From Octopus bimaculoides (lineage: Eukaryota), in NCBI RefSeq assembly GCF_001194135.2, contig NC_068994.1:18088111-18121251 (forward strand): DNA of 33,141 nt. The letters run 5' to 3'. Shown in pieces: positions 13,051-23,641 of this stretch (the stretch's first letter is position 1; every line of letters starts with the position of its first letter). The notes under the pieces are model-generated. The model had not been told where the DNA came from, did not search any database, and worked only from the letters and a program-made list of their open reading frames with translations. Position numbers and translations under genes: made by a program.

Positions 13051-13287
13051 CTTTCTCAAGGAATTTCTTTGGCATCCATTGAGGTTCAGTGAGATCTGGT
13101 CCAGTAGCAGCATACGGATCCTCTTCAGGCATTGGCAGTGGTTGATCATCATCTAGAGCATCACTGAACTCTGGTGGTGGTGGAGGAACTCCGCCTTGTG
13201 GATAATCAAACTGTTGTGGTACAGCTGGACTGCTTGATATCTGTGACTGCTGGCCAAGATTTGGGGGAGGAGGCAAAGGTGGAGATA
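13051..13287 (-). CDS. Abi: Abi penultimate coding exon (237 nt; proline-rich/acidic linker and start of SH3)
   Basis: Acceptor ttttAG at 13289-13288, donor GTGAG at 13050-13046. Encodes SPPLPPPPNLGQQSQISSSPAVPQQFDYPQGGVPPPPPEFSDALDDDQPLPMPEEDPYAATGPDLTEPQWMPKKFLEK+G. Splicing gives WMPKKFLEKVVAIYDY, like vertebrate ABI1 DPYA...WAPKNYIEKVVAIYDY. Confidence 0.93.
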
Positions 13288-13719
13288 CTAAAAATATATA
13301 TATAAATAATGGTTTCTTACATTACAATAACAATTTCTGATAAAAAAATAAAAAAACAAAAAAAACTACTACTCAAGTTTGACAGCAAGGAAAGCAAAAA
13401 TGAGCAATAATTGTAATATCTTACTGGCTCTTATTAGCTTTTGTGAAATGACACTCTAGAGAGACTGGAACTCAACATAGGATGTGGAGGTGCTGCCAAG
13501 CACATAATCCAGTGATCTATCATTTCTATAAACTTGTTGCCATTTCTAAACAATATTGGTTTGTACACCAAGACAAAGATCCTACATTTTAGGGTTGGGA
13601 AAAATAAAGAAAAAAAGCAATAATGGCATAAACAAAGCGAAATAACATCATTTGGAGATTAAACCAGTCAATTCAAACTCTTTCAAAGCTACCTTACTGA
13701 ACCTAAATCCTAATAACGT

Positions 13720-13880
13720 GTGCTTCTAACATTGGCACAAGGCTACATATTTTGGCTGAGGGTATAGCTGATTGAATCAATCCCAGTACTAGAAAGACAA
13801 AAGTAGAAATTGACCTCAACAAGATTTGAACTCAGAACCTAAATACTGCAAGGCTCTAATGAATTTGCCAATCCACCAGA
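13720..13880 (-). mobile_element. Highly degenerate Meta-like SINE
   Basis: ttggcacaaggc..tcaatcccagtact..ttgacctcaacaagatttgaactcagaac..tgccaatccacc matches the reverse complement of the family. Confidence 0.55.
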
Positions 13881-14029
13881 TTATTTTCATCAAACAAAAA
13901 CTAATGTTGCACGGTGATTTATTGTCCATATTTTCTCATCTCATCCAACATGACTCTTTTTCAGTACATTATTGGTACAGTTACCTAATCTAGTGAATGT
14001 TTGTTAGAATTCTTTTAAAGTATACTATC

Positions 14030-14770
14030 AGGTTATTAAGAATGAAATGTCTGATTTTGAACTGAAAGTTTATTTTACTTTATCTCAACAGAAAGCAATG
14101 CAGTTAATCAAAGTATGCACCTAAATTATGAATACAATTTTGCCCATTTTATCAGTAGCTTGTTTATGCTGGTAGCAAAGAATTCTGGAGAGCAAGAGCT
14201 GATGAAATAACAAAAGGCAGTTTTTGCATCTCCTTCAGATTTGAGGTTTTTACCTTGCAAAAAGTTGTTTAATGCCTGGAAAATGTGACAGTCAGTTGGT
14301 GCAAGGTCTGGTGAATATGGTGGATGACAGAGTACTTCCACGCTTAGTTCCTGTAACTTGAGTAGCACTCTTTGTGCAACATGTGGTTGAACATTGCTTT
14401 GTAAGAGAATCGGCCTGTCTCTATTGACCAATCTCAGTTGTTTAATTGCAAGTTCACTCATCATCTCATCCAATTGGTTGATGTATAACATCTGCTGTAA
14501 TTGACTTATCAGGTCTCATGAAGCTGTAGTGGATGACACCAGTGCTAGACTACCAAACAGATACCATTAACTTTTTTTGGTGAATATTCTTTTTATGGAT
14601 TGTGTTTTGGCACCCTTTTGATACCAACCCACTTGATATTGCCCTCCATCCTATGATACAAACTTCCTGTTTCAAAGTTGTTATCTGAATTAAAATCTTC
14701 CATCAAAATTTCATGTTAATTTGTTCCTGCAAAGCTCAGCTGGATTTGAACTTTGAATGTAAAGGGCCAT
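14030..14770 (-). mobile_element. Mariner (Hsmar1/SETMAR-like) transposase relic, internally deleted
   Basis: ORF 14126-14491 reads PILLQSNVQPHVAQRVLLKLQELSVEVLCHPPYSPDLAPTDCHIFQALNNFLQGK, the HDNARPH and YSPDL.PTD motifs. HQKKLMVSVW..GVIHYSF lies upstream in another frame. Confidence 0.9.
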
Positions 14771-14775
14771 AACTA

Positions 14776-14978
14776 CAAAGGAGTGCTGAAAAGTTCCTGG
14801 CTTTGGGTATAAGAAGATACAGGAGGATCAGTTAAGATTTTATTCAACATACTTCTCTCTCAGATTCACACACTTATTGCTGCAGTCCTTCAGTTTTTCT
14901 AAGCCCTGTAAAAGAATTTGGAAGGTTGGGCCTCTAACCAGGCTTTTTGCAATACCAGGAACTTTTCAGCATCCTTTG
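14776..14978. mobile_element. Mariner-type MITE, 203 bp, with TA target duplication
   Basis: TA|caaaggagtgctgaaaagttcctgg ... ccaggaacttttcagcatcctttg|TA; the ~25 bp TIRs differ by a single indel. Confidence 0.88.
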
Positions 14979-15199
14979 TAAATTTCACAAGGTATTCTGG
15001 CTGACACTAAAGATTCTGACAATCTACTTACAAGCAAAAAAAGAAACCCAAATCACTGATACAAAATGTTACAGTAAATGAGCAATCACAGAACCAAAGT
15101 ACTTGTTTGTATGTGTACCAAAAAGTTAGGAAGCTTTAATCATATTCCAGGCATTACTAAATTGTACAGTGTTAGACAAGACATTATACTTCTTACTTT

Positions 15200-15590
15200 G
15201 CTCTCTCTCTCAGCTGTAAATGATTACTGCACAGACCAGAGAGTAACTGTATGGTCACTCAACCTGCTATGCAGAGCACCCACATCTCACCCAAATCACA
15301 CTATAGTATCTTACAAAAGAACACACTGAATAATATAGTCCTGGATACAATGTAGCAGAAAATAGGTGGGATAATCACAGCTAAAGTTCTGATGATAATA
15401 GTTTTGTTTGATAAGAGATATAACATCATCTATACACCACAATCAGGAGTCCAACTGTAAAAATAACCACTGCATACAACTGAATAAGCAACAAGTTATC
15501 TGGTCATAGGAAACCTGCTTCAATGAATTCTGTTTGACACATACAAGCATGGAAAGATGGACATTTTGGTGATGCTGATGATGATGAGCA
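15200..15590 (+). repeat. Probable retroposed repeat ending in an RTE-like tail and (GAT)n
   Basis: The 3' end acatacaagcatggaaagatggacattttggtgatgctgatgatgatga matches the tails at 5005 and 5845; the 5' boundary is uncertain. Confidence 0.4.
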
Positions 15591-16058
15591 TTGATTTAAA
15601 AATAAAACCTGGAATTGAAAATACAAAGAGACAAAAAAAGAAATATTCTTTCATTTTTGTAATAAATAATTCTTGATAATGGAAATAATCATAACAGTAA
15701 TATAGAAATGCAGAAGAGTAGAAAAAGTTGTGTGATATTCATGCATCCATGCTAAAAATTATAGAAAGTAGATCAAGATGCATCACAAAAAACAAGTTTT
15801 GACAGTGAACCAACAGAGCAAGAAAACTGGGGTTCAGTATAATAGAGAATATTTAATGACTACTGAAAAGGATAATAGAATGAAAAGGTCTGATGCAAAG
15901 GATAGGAGGAGGGATAATGAAAAAGTGGGATGTTTTGCTTTGAATAGCTCAAACGAAACAGACAATTTGAGGAACATGGCAATGTTGATCACATAAAAAA
16001 GACTGAAAAAAGTACAAAACACAGTCGCAGGAGGTTCTGTGTGTGTGTATGTGTGTGC

Positions 16059-16102
<44 letters not shown>

Positions 16103-16568
16103 GTATCTACATATATATATATATATATATATATATNNNNNNNNNNNNNNNNNNNNNNNNNNNNNNNNNNNNNNNNNNNNNNNNNNNNNNNNNNNNNNNN
16201 NNNNNNNNNNNNNNNNNNNNNNNNNNNNNNNNNNNNNNNNNNNNNNNNNNNNNNNNNNNNNNNNNNNNNNNNNNNNNNNNNNNNNNNNNNNNNNNNNNNN
16301 NNNNNNNNNNNNNNNNNNNNNNNNNNNNNNNNNNNNNNNNNNNNNNNNNNNNNNNNNNNNNNNNNNNNNNNNNNNNNNNNNNNNNNNNNNNNNNNNNNNN
16401 NNNNNNNNNNNNNNNNNNNNNNNNNNNNNNNNNNNNNNNNNNNNNNNNNNNNNNNNNNNNNNNNNNNNNNNNNNNNNNNATCCGTTAGATTCACTTCAAC
16501 ATTTAAATTTAATTTGTCAAAATATTTTCGTCGCTTTGAGACCGCGACCTGTTCACTGACAAAATTCT

Positions 16569-17320
16569 GTGCTGCATCTGAGAAAGTAATAGTTAGTTCA
16601 TGATATATATGTACATGTGTATGTACGTATGTATGTATGTGCGTGTACATGTGCGCGTATGCATGTGTGCATGCCTATACACATGTATGTATATATGTAT
16701 GTATGTGAGTATGCACGTATGTACTTATGGATGTACGTGAGTAATAGGGTAAGTGTGTAGACGTGTGTGTGTGTGTGTGTGTGTGTGTGCATATGTATGT
16801 ACATGTGAATGTATGTTTATGTACTGATATGTGCGTCAGTTCAAGTTGTATACATGACAGTTACTTTGTAGAAGGTTGTATATGCGCACATATATACATA
16901 TGCATATACACATATAGGGGCAACCGCACACACACACGTGTGTGCGTGTTTACATATGTGTATATGCATATGTATATATGTGCGTATATACAACCTTCTA
17001 CAAAGTAACTGTCATGTATACAACTTGAACTGACGCACATATCAGTACATAAACATACATTCACATGTACATACATATGCACACCCACACACACACGTCT
17101 ACACACTTACCCTATTACTCACGTACATCCATAAGTACATATACGTGCATACTCACATACATACATACATACATGTGTATAGGCATGCACACATGCATAC
17201 GCATGTACACAGATGCATACGCGCAAACATGTACACGCACATACATACATACATACATACATACATACATACACATGTACATATATATCATGAACTAACT
17301 ATTACTTTCTCAGATGCAGC
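16569..17320. repeat. Large near-perfect palindrome with arms of at least ~345 bp and a ~45 nt centre; the right arm runs into an N-gap
   Basis: gctgcatctgagaaagtaatagttagttcatg...gacagttactttgtagaaggttgtata is mirrored by tatacaaccttctacaaagtaactgtc...catgaactaactattactttctcagatgcagc. The ORF track shows mirrored peptides on both strands. Confidence 0.95.
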
Positions 17321-17965
17321 NNNNNNNNNNNNNNNNNNNNNNNNNNNNNNNNNNNNNNNNNNNNNNNNNNNNNNNNNNNNNNNNNNNNNNNNNNNNNNNN
17401 NNNNNNNNNNNNNNNNNNNNNNNNNNNNNNNNNNNNNNNNNNNNNNNNNNNNNNNNNNNNNNNNNNNNNNNNNNNNNNNNNNNNNNNNNNNNNNNNNNNN
17501 NNNNNNNNNNNNNNNNNNNNNNNNNNNNNNNNNNNNNNNNNNNNNNNNNNNNNNNNNNNNNNNNNNNNNNNNNNNNNNNNNNNNNNNNNNNNNNNNNNNN
17601 NNNNNNNNNNNNNNNNNNNNNNNNNNNNNNNNNNNNNNNNNNNNNNNNNNNNNNNNNNNNNNNNNNNNNNNNNNNNNNNNNNNNNNNNNNNNNNNNNNNN
17701 NNNNNNNNNNNNNNNNNNNNNNNNNNNNNNNNNNNNNNNNNNNNNNNNNNNNNNNNNNNNNNNNNNNNNNNNNNNNNNNNNNNNNNNNNNNNNNNNNNNN
17801 NNNNNNNNNNNNNNNNNNNNNNNNNNNNNNNNNNNNNNNNNNNNNNNNNNNNNNNNNNNNNNNNNNNNNNNNNNNNNNNNNNNNNNNNNNNNNNNNNNNN
17901 NNNNNNNNNNNNNNNNNNNNNNNNNNNNNNNNNNNNNNNNNNNNNNNNNNNNNNNNNNNNNNNNN

Positions 17966-17998
<33 letters not shown>

Positions 17999-18227
17999 AC
18001 ACATATATGTAGAGATGTATTAAGATAAAACTTACTTGGAAATGGATGCGTGGCATTCAATCATATAACACGGAGTAGATAAAACAGGGACAATTGATGA
18101 AAGGAATGTTCTTTATGTTGCCTGTCTTGTTTCTCTATTTGTTTCTTTGGCTGTTTGAAAATATGTTCATTTTCTATGTTAATGTTTCTTATTTGTTTAC
18201 ATTATATTGAAATCCTGCACCCATAAA

Positions 18228-18305
18228 TGCATGTATATATACATATGTACATATATGTATGTATATATGCATATATTTATATATTATTTATATTATATAT
18301 ACAGA

Positions 18306-18337
<32 letters not shown>

Positions 18338-18482
18338 NNNNNNNNNNCATATGTACATATATGTATGTATATATGCATATATTTATATATTATTTATATT
18401 ATATATACAGATGTACATATATATATATATATATACACATACATATATACATATATTTATATATTTATATTATATATACAGA

Positions 18483-18520
<38 letters not shown>

Positions 18521-18560
18521 TTTATATACCTACATACATACACATGTGTATATGTGTATT

Positions 18561-18592
<32 letters not shown>

Positions 18593-18920
18593 TATGAATA
18601 CGTATATATAAATATAAACACACACACACACACATATATAAATACATACATATATACAGAATATATATACATTTATATATACATACAGATATATATCACA
18701 CACACGTGTGTATATATATATATATATATATATACATGCACATAGATATACATACGTATATAAATACATGCCTATGTACATACGTATACACATACACATC
18801 TAAAAATACACACACACATATATACATATATATGTATAGATATAAAACATATATAAAAATATATATAAATACACACGTATATATATCCAAATACATACAT
18901 ATATAAAAGTATATATAAAT
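18228..18920. repeat. Compound (TA)n/(CA)n microsatellite with a ~90-110 bp higher-order unit
   Basis: The marker atattatatatacagatgtacatat recurs at ~18290, ~18400 and ~18470. Confidence 0.8.
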
Positions 18921-18923
18921 ACA

Positions 18924-19893
18924 CATGGATCTTTACCCTTTGAACGGCACATGGAGAAATTAATTTTTTGTAACTAAACACTTTCAAACTTCGGACACTG
19001 GTAGAATGTGTCATATAAAACATCTTTTACTCTTAGTGTTGTTGAGAAAAATTTCTATTTACGAAGTTATTTCATGTTAAAGTTGTCGTATTTTGGTAAT
19101 TTCAACCAATCAAAGATGTGTATTCAGCTGAATAAAATTACTGCTGTTGTTTGTCAACAATAACTATCGGCGGTGTATATTTCGTTTGTCACTGTTATTT
19201 ATGACATCGTTTGTGCGTTTGTACTGGTTTTAGCTTTAGGGGGTTAAGGTTGGGGTTTTAGGGTCAGGGTTAGGGTTTAAGAGTTAGGGTTAGGGTTTTA
19301 GAGTGGGGTTAGGATTAAGGTTTTAGGCTCAGGGTTAGGGATAGGATTTTAGAGTTAGGATTAGGGTTTTAGAGTTAGGTTTAGGGTTGGGGTTTTGGGG
19401 TTGGGATTTTAGGGTTAGAGTTACGGAAAAATGTGAAAAATGAAGAAATTGCAAAAGGAGGGGGTGGCAAAAATTTCTTTCCAGAAATAGTAGCTGAAAA
19501 ACAGGAAAAAAAAGACTAAAAGCAGTAAAAATGCATGGAATACCATGAAGTAAACATGCTTCAGATACACTCGTTTATTCATACAAACGTAACTGAGATG
19601 AAATATATCATAATTAACAGTGACAAATGAAATATACACCGCCAGAAGTTGTTGTTGACAAACAACAGCAGTAATTTTATTCAGCTGAATACACGTCATC
19701 GATTGGTTGAAATAAGCAAAAGACGACAACTTTAACATGAAATAACATCAAAAACAACACAATTTTCTGAAAAACGCTAATAGTAAATGATGTTTTATGT
19801 AACACATTCTATCACCCAGTATACGAATTTTAAAAGTGTTTAGATACAAAAAATTATTTTTTAAATGTGCCAGCCAAAGGGAAAAGATCCATG
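18924..19893. mobile_element. Non-autonomous long-TIR element (~280 bp TIRs) carrying an internal telomere-like array
   Basis: Left arm catggatctttaccctttg...gtcactgttatttatga (18924-19204) is mirrored by tcataattaacagtgac...caaagggaaaagatccatg (19608-19893), about 80-85% identical. No coding capacity seen. Confidence 0.85.
19235..19425 (+). repeat. Degenerate (TTAGGG)n-like interstitial array
   Basis: gggttttagggtcagggttagggtttaagagttagggttaggg..., with TTAGGG and TTTTAGAG variants recurring about every 20 bp. Confidence 0.9.
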
Positions 19894-20057
19894 CACACAT
19901 GTATACAAATATATATACATACATACATACATACACATATATACGTACATACATATACATGCACACATATACACATCTACAAATACACGTACATATACAT
20001 ACACGGATATACAAACATATACATATACACATATACATTCAACACATATATACACAT

Positions 20058-20095
<38 letters not shown>

Positions 20096-20188
20096 CATAT
20101 ATATAAATACATATAAATATGTATATACATATATATATGCACACACATATATTAAGACAAATATATATATATACATACATACATATAC

Positions 20189-20219
<31 letters not shown>

Positions 20220-20894
20220 AATATATACATGAATCTATATAAATAAATATATACATAAATACATATAAATATATATATATACATACATGTATGCATATAC
20301 ATATATATACATACACACACACACACACACACACACNNNNNNNNNNNNNNNNNNNNNNNNNNNNNNNNNNNNNNNNNNNNNNNNNNNNNNNNNNNNNNNN
20401 NNNNNNNNNNNNNNNNNNNNNNNNNNNNNNNNNNNNCCTTTTAAGGTGAAAATTATAAAGAAATATAGATAAGGGCAAAAGAAAAAAAACATTCTTTGCC
20501 AATGCTGAAAAATAGCCCTTAGATAGTTTAACCACATATAGTATTTTTCACTATAAATACACAGCTTGTTAAAACAAGGAAAACAAACTAACAGAAATTT
20601 TTAAAATTTCTCATTCCCGGATTGGGCCAATTTCTGGATTAATCCACAAGGATTCTTCTTCCTTCAGTGAGAAACACGATCGGAAATAAATGGAACACTC
20701 ACATATACCCACAGAAAAAGCAGATGCAAAGTCATGTGTACATATAAGTACCCCAAATATGTTCAAGCAGAAATTCTGTAGGAAGCCTGAGGCTTGCTAC
20801 ACACGCACACATACATACATACATACATACATACATACATACATACATACATACACGTATGTATGTGTGTATTACACCTCCATACATGCATCAT

Positions 20895-21320
20895 GTGCCA
20901 TAGCTGTAGACATGGGTTTGCAACTATATGATTCTGGGTTCAGTACCATTGTGTGGTACTTTCTTATTTATTTACTGCCCACAAGGGGCTACACACAGAG
21001 GGGACAAACAAGGACAGACAATTGGATTAAGTCGATTATATCGACTTCAGTGTGTAATTGGTATTTATTTAATCGACACCGAAAGGATGAAAGGCAAAGT
21101 CGACCTTGGTGGAATTTGAACTCAGAATGTAGCTGCAGACGAAATACCGCCAAGAATTTCACCTGGCGTGCTAACGTTTCTGCCAGCTTGCTGCCTTTTG
21201 TGTGGTACCTTCTGCAATTGTTTTCTACTGCAACCTTGCTCCAGCCAATGTCTTGTGATCGATTTTGTTATTCTTATTAGGGTAGAGAGCTAGCAGAATC
21301 ATTAAAACATTGCAGAAAAT

Positions 21321-21358
<38 letters not shown>

Positions 21359-21558
21359 TGTCTGTGTGTTTGTCTTCCATTTGGCACTCAGTATTGGTTT
21401 CTCTATGTCCTTGTAACCTAGCAGTTTAGTGAAGAGTTTGATAGAATAAGTACCAGACTTTAAAAAAAATAATTACCAGGATCAATCTGGTTGACTAAAA
21501 CCCTCCAAGGCAGTGCCCTAGCATGGCCACGGTCCAAAGACTGAAACAAACACAAAAG
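20895..21558 (+). mobile_element. Two-part CORE-type SINE (head/CORE, (GT)n, 3' module) split by a nested SINE
   Basis: Head gattctgggttcagtaccattgtgtggtac; CORE resumes at 21198; (GT)n at ~21322-21355; 3' module gatagaataagtaccag..aaggcagtgccctagcatggccac..gactgaaacaa. Confidence 0.7.
20965..21197 (-). mobile_element. Meta-like tRNA SINE with a 16 bp target-site duplication
   Basis: Reverse complement ggcagcaagctggcagaaacgttagcacgcc..ctgagttcaaattccacc..gactttgcctttcatcctttcggtgtcgattaaataaataccaa. The flanks ttgtgtggtactttct (20949-20964) and ttgtgtggtaccttct (21198-21213) match at 15 of 16 bases. Confidence 0.88.
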
Positions 21559-22267
21559 GTAACAGTTAGTCAAGGCATTGTTTGAATTCAGTTGGACCTT
21601 CATTAATTCATACCTTTCTACAGCCTATTATATTATATATCTCACCTTAATCTCCACTGAAAATAGGTACCACTGCCACTGTTACAGTTGAGTGATTAAA
21701 TGATTGGTAAGGCATTGATCTGTAAGAAAGAATTCTTATTCCAAAAATACATTAAGTTGAAATCAGCACACTTATGTCAGTGTGGCAAAAATGAATGTAA
21801 AACAGCAACACAAACTCAACAACAAAATTGCAAGTTATTTAGTGTAATTAGTGCTTTATTCTGTTCTTTTGTACCATATTATCCAGTTCACTGCAATCTA
21901 TTCTGTGTTGAAATCCTGTTGCAAATGACTTTGTTTTTCATCTTACCAAAGTCAATACAAATATATCTCTTAAGAAAACAGAATGCAAAAGATATGAAAC
22001 TCTTTTGTCTTATATCTTGGGAGGGTCATTTACTAATAATAAATACATGCACTGGTTCACTTCCACCTCTTAATTATTTTTCATTAATTCATTAGCTATT
22101 TAGCCAATTAGCTAGTTGATTGTTTGATTAAGCATTCAGTTAATCAATCAGTCAGTTATGTTTGCTAAAGTTCTTTTGATTTATCATACAACTGATCATT
22201 TACTTGGTTAAATAACTAACCAATTGATGAATAATGATGAAGAAGTGAAATTGAACCAGTGCATATG

Positions 22268-22315
<48 letters not shown>

Positions 22316-22360
22316 GTTATCATCATTATTATTATTATTGTTATCATCATTATTATTATT

Positions 22361-22568
22361 AAGGTGGTGAGCTGGCAGAATTGCTAGCACGCTGGAAGAA
22401 ATGCTTAGCAGTGTTTTGTCTGCTGCTATGTTCTGAGTTCAAATTCTACTGAGGTTGACTTTGCCCTTCATCTTTTCAGGTTCGATAAATTAAGTACCAG
22501 TGAAATACTGGGGTCGATGTAATCAACTTACCCCAAAAATGACTGTCCTTGTGACAAAATTTGAAACC
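22361..22568 (+). mobile_element. Meta-like tRNA SINE, (ATT)n-tailed subfamily, copy 1
   Basis: aaggtggtgagctggcagaa..ctgagttcaaattc..ttcgataaattaagtaccag..ctggggtcgatgtaatc..ccttgtgacaaaatttgaaacc(att)n; preceded by (ATT)n. Confidence 0.85.
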
Positions 22569-22631
22569 ATTATTATTATTATTATTATTGTTGTTGTTGT
22601 TGTTGTTGTTGTTGTTATTGTTGTTATTGTT

Positions 22632-22848
22632 AAGGTGGTAAGCTGGCAGAACCGTTAACATGCTGGACAAAATGCTTAGCAGTAATTTGCCTGTTACTCC
22701 AATCTGAGTTCAAATTCTGCTGAGGTTGACTTTGCCTTTCATCCTTTTGGGGTCAATAAAATAAGTTCCAGTTGAAAACTCAGGTTGATGTAATCGATTT
22801 ATTCTCTTCCCCCAAAATGACTGCCCTTGTGGCAAAAATTTGAAATCC
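22632..22848 (+). mobile_element. Meta-like tRNA SINE, (ATT)n-tailed subfamily, copy 2 in tandem
   Basis: Same head, centre and tail (..ccttgtggcaaaaatttgaaatcc); separated from copy 1 by (ATT/GTT)n. Confidence 0.85.
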
Positions 22849-22874
22849 TCATCATCATTATTATTATTATTATT

Positions 22875-23075
22875 GTTCAGTAGTTTTATTTTTATAACGT
22901 GCTTTCACTTCACTACCGAGCGCAGCTCTGTGCGCCTTGGGTATGTGCTGTGGTTTGCTGTGGTGCTCTTATGTTTACTGTATTGAAAGTGTTTTGCGTA
23001 GAATGTGTGCAGTACCCAGTAGTGCAATTTTCTGTATGTTATATATATTTGTAAGTCCTGGTGTTTTTGTTATGT
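22875..23075 (-). mobile_element. 5'-truncated 3' end of an R4/Dong-like (restriction-like endonuclease) non-LTR retrotransposon
   Basis: The minus frame 23073-22975 reads ITKTPGLTNIYNIQKIALLGTAHILRKTLSIQ*; QK..LLGTA.ILRK.L is the C-terminal signature I recall for this group. A ~100 nt 3' UTR follows, and both ends sit in (ATT)n, matching the known TAA-repeat targeting of Dong. Confidence 0.75.
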
Positions 23076-23099
23076 ATTATTATTATTATTATTATTATT

Positions 23100-23641
23100 G
23101 AGTGAGAGAGCAGCGCATGCCATCAAGGTATTACTGGAGTACAAATATATGAAGCCCAATATACCCTTCATGACTACCCGTCTGATAAGGGTACACTAGG
23201 CACATGCATCACAGCCATATGTGTGCAACATAGGGATCTCATATCAAGATAAGCAGCTCATGACCCTTCAGGTGGGACCCAGTTAGAGCAAGTCGTCCGT
23301 CTTGCTCAAAAGGTTCCTGAATAAGGGTTGTTTAGGGATGATGAATGAAATACACATGTTTCCAGAGGTGAATTATTCAAACTCCAAAGAATTCCTTTCA
23401 ACATATGGCTATGATGCTCCCTCACTACTTCTGCTCGTGATCAGAGATGCACATATTGTCAGCCACTAAGGGACATGCTCAACTGGTTAAGGTCAAACTG
23501 ACAAGCGAATCTGTGGTATTGAGCAGAATATTTGCTGTAGCCCATCTTTTTATACCAAGACAAAACAATGTACATGATAACACTTCCAATCAGTTAAGAT
23601 CAGAAGCCATGAGAGTCACTGCCTGGTACTGCATCAGGGCA
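23100..23641. repeat. Unclassified ~540 bp interspersed repeat bounded by (ATT)n
   Basis: Higher-GC block with sharp (ATT)n boundaries on both sides. I recall it as a common octopus repeat, but it is single-copy in this window. Confidence 0.5.

Noticed and set aside
13051-13287. Skipping of the symmetric phase 1-1 exon as a functional isoform
   Set aside because: It is frame-preserving, but the exon supplies the first SH3 residues (FLEK), and there is no transcript evidence here.
19235-19425. A true telomere or chromosome-fusion scar
   Set aside because: The array is short, degenerate, single-orientation and enclosed by TIRs; there is no head-to-head TTAGGG/CCCTAA junction.
20690-21280. 196 aa plus-strand ORF
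   Set aside because: It runs through (ACAT)n and two nested SINEs, with no protein-family signal.
21700-22095. 131 aa plus-strand ORF, and the similar 138 aa ORF at 25640-26056
   Set aside because: AT-rich, no recognisable domain or splice context; lengths compatible with chance.
23170-23200. Hammerhead ribozyme core (ctgataag)
   Set aside because: It does not fit CUGANGA, and I could not place a GAAA and the three stems by eye.
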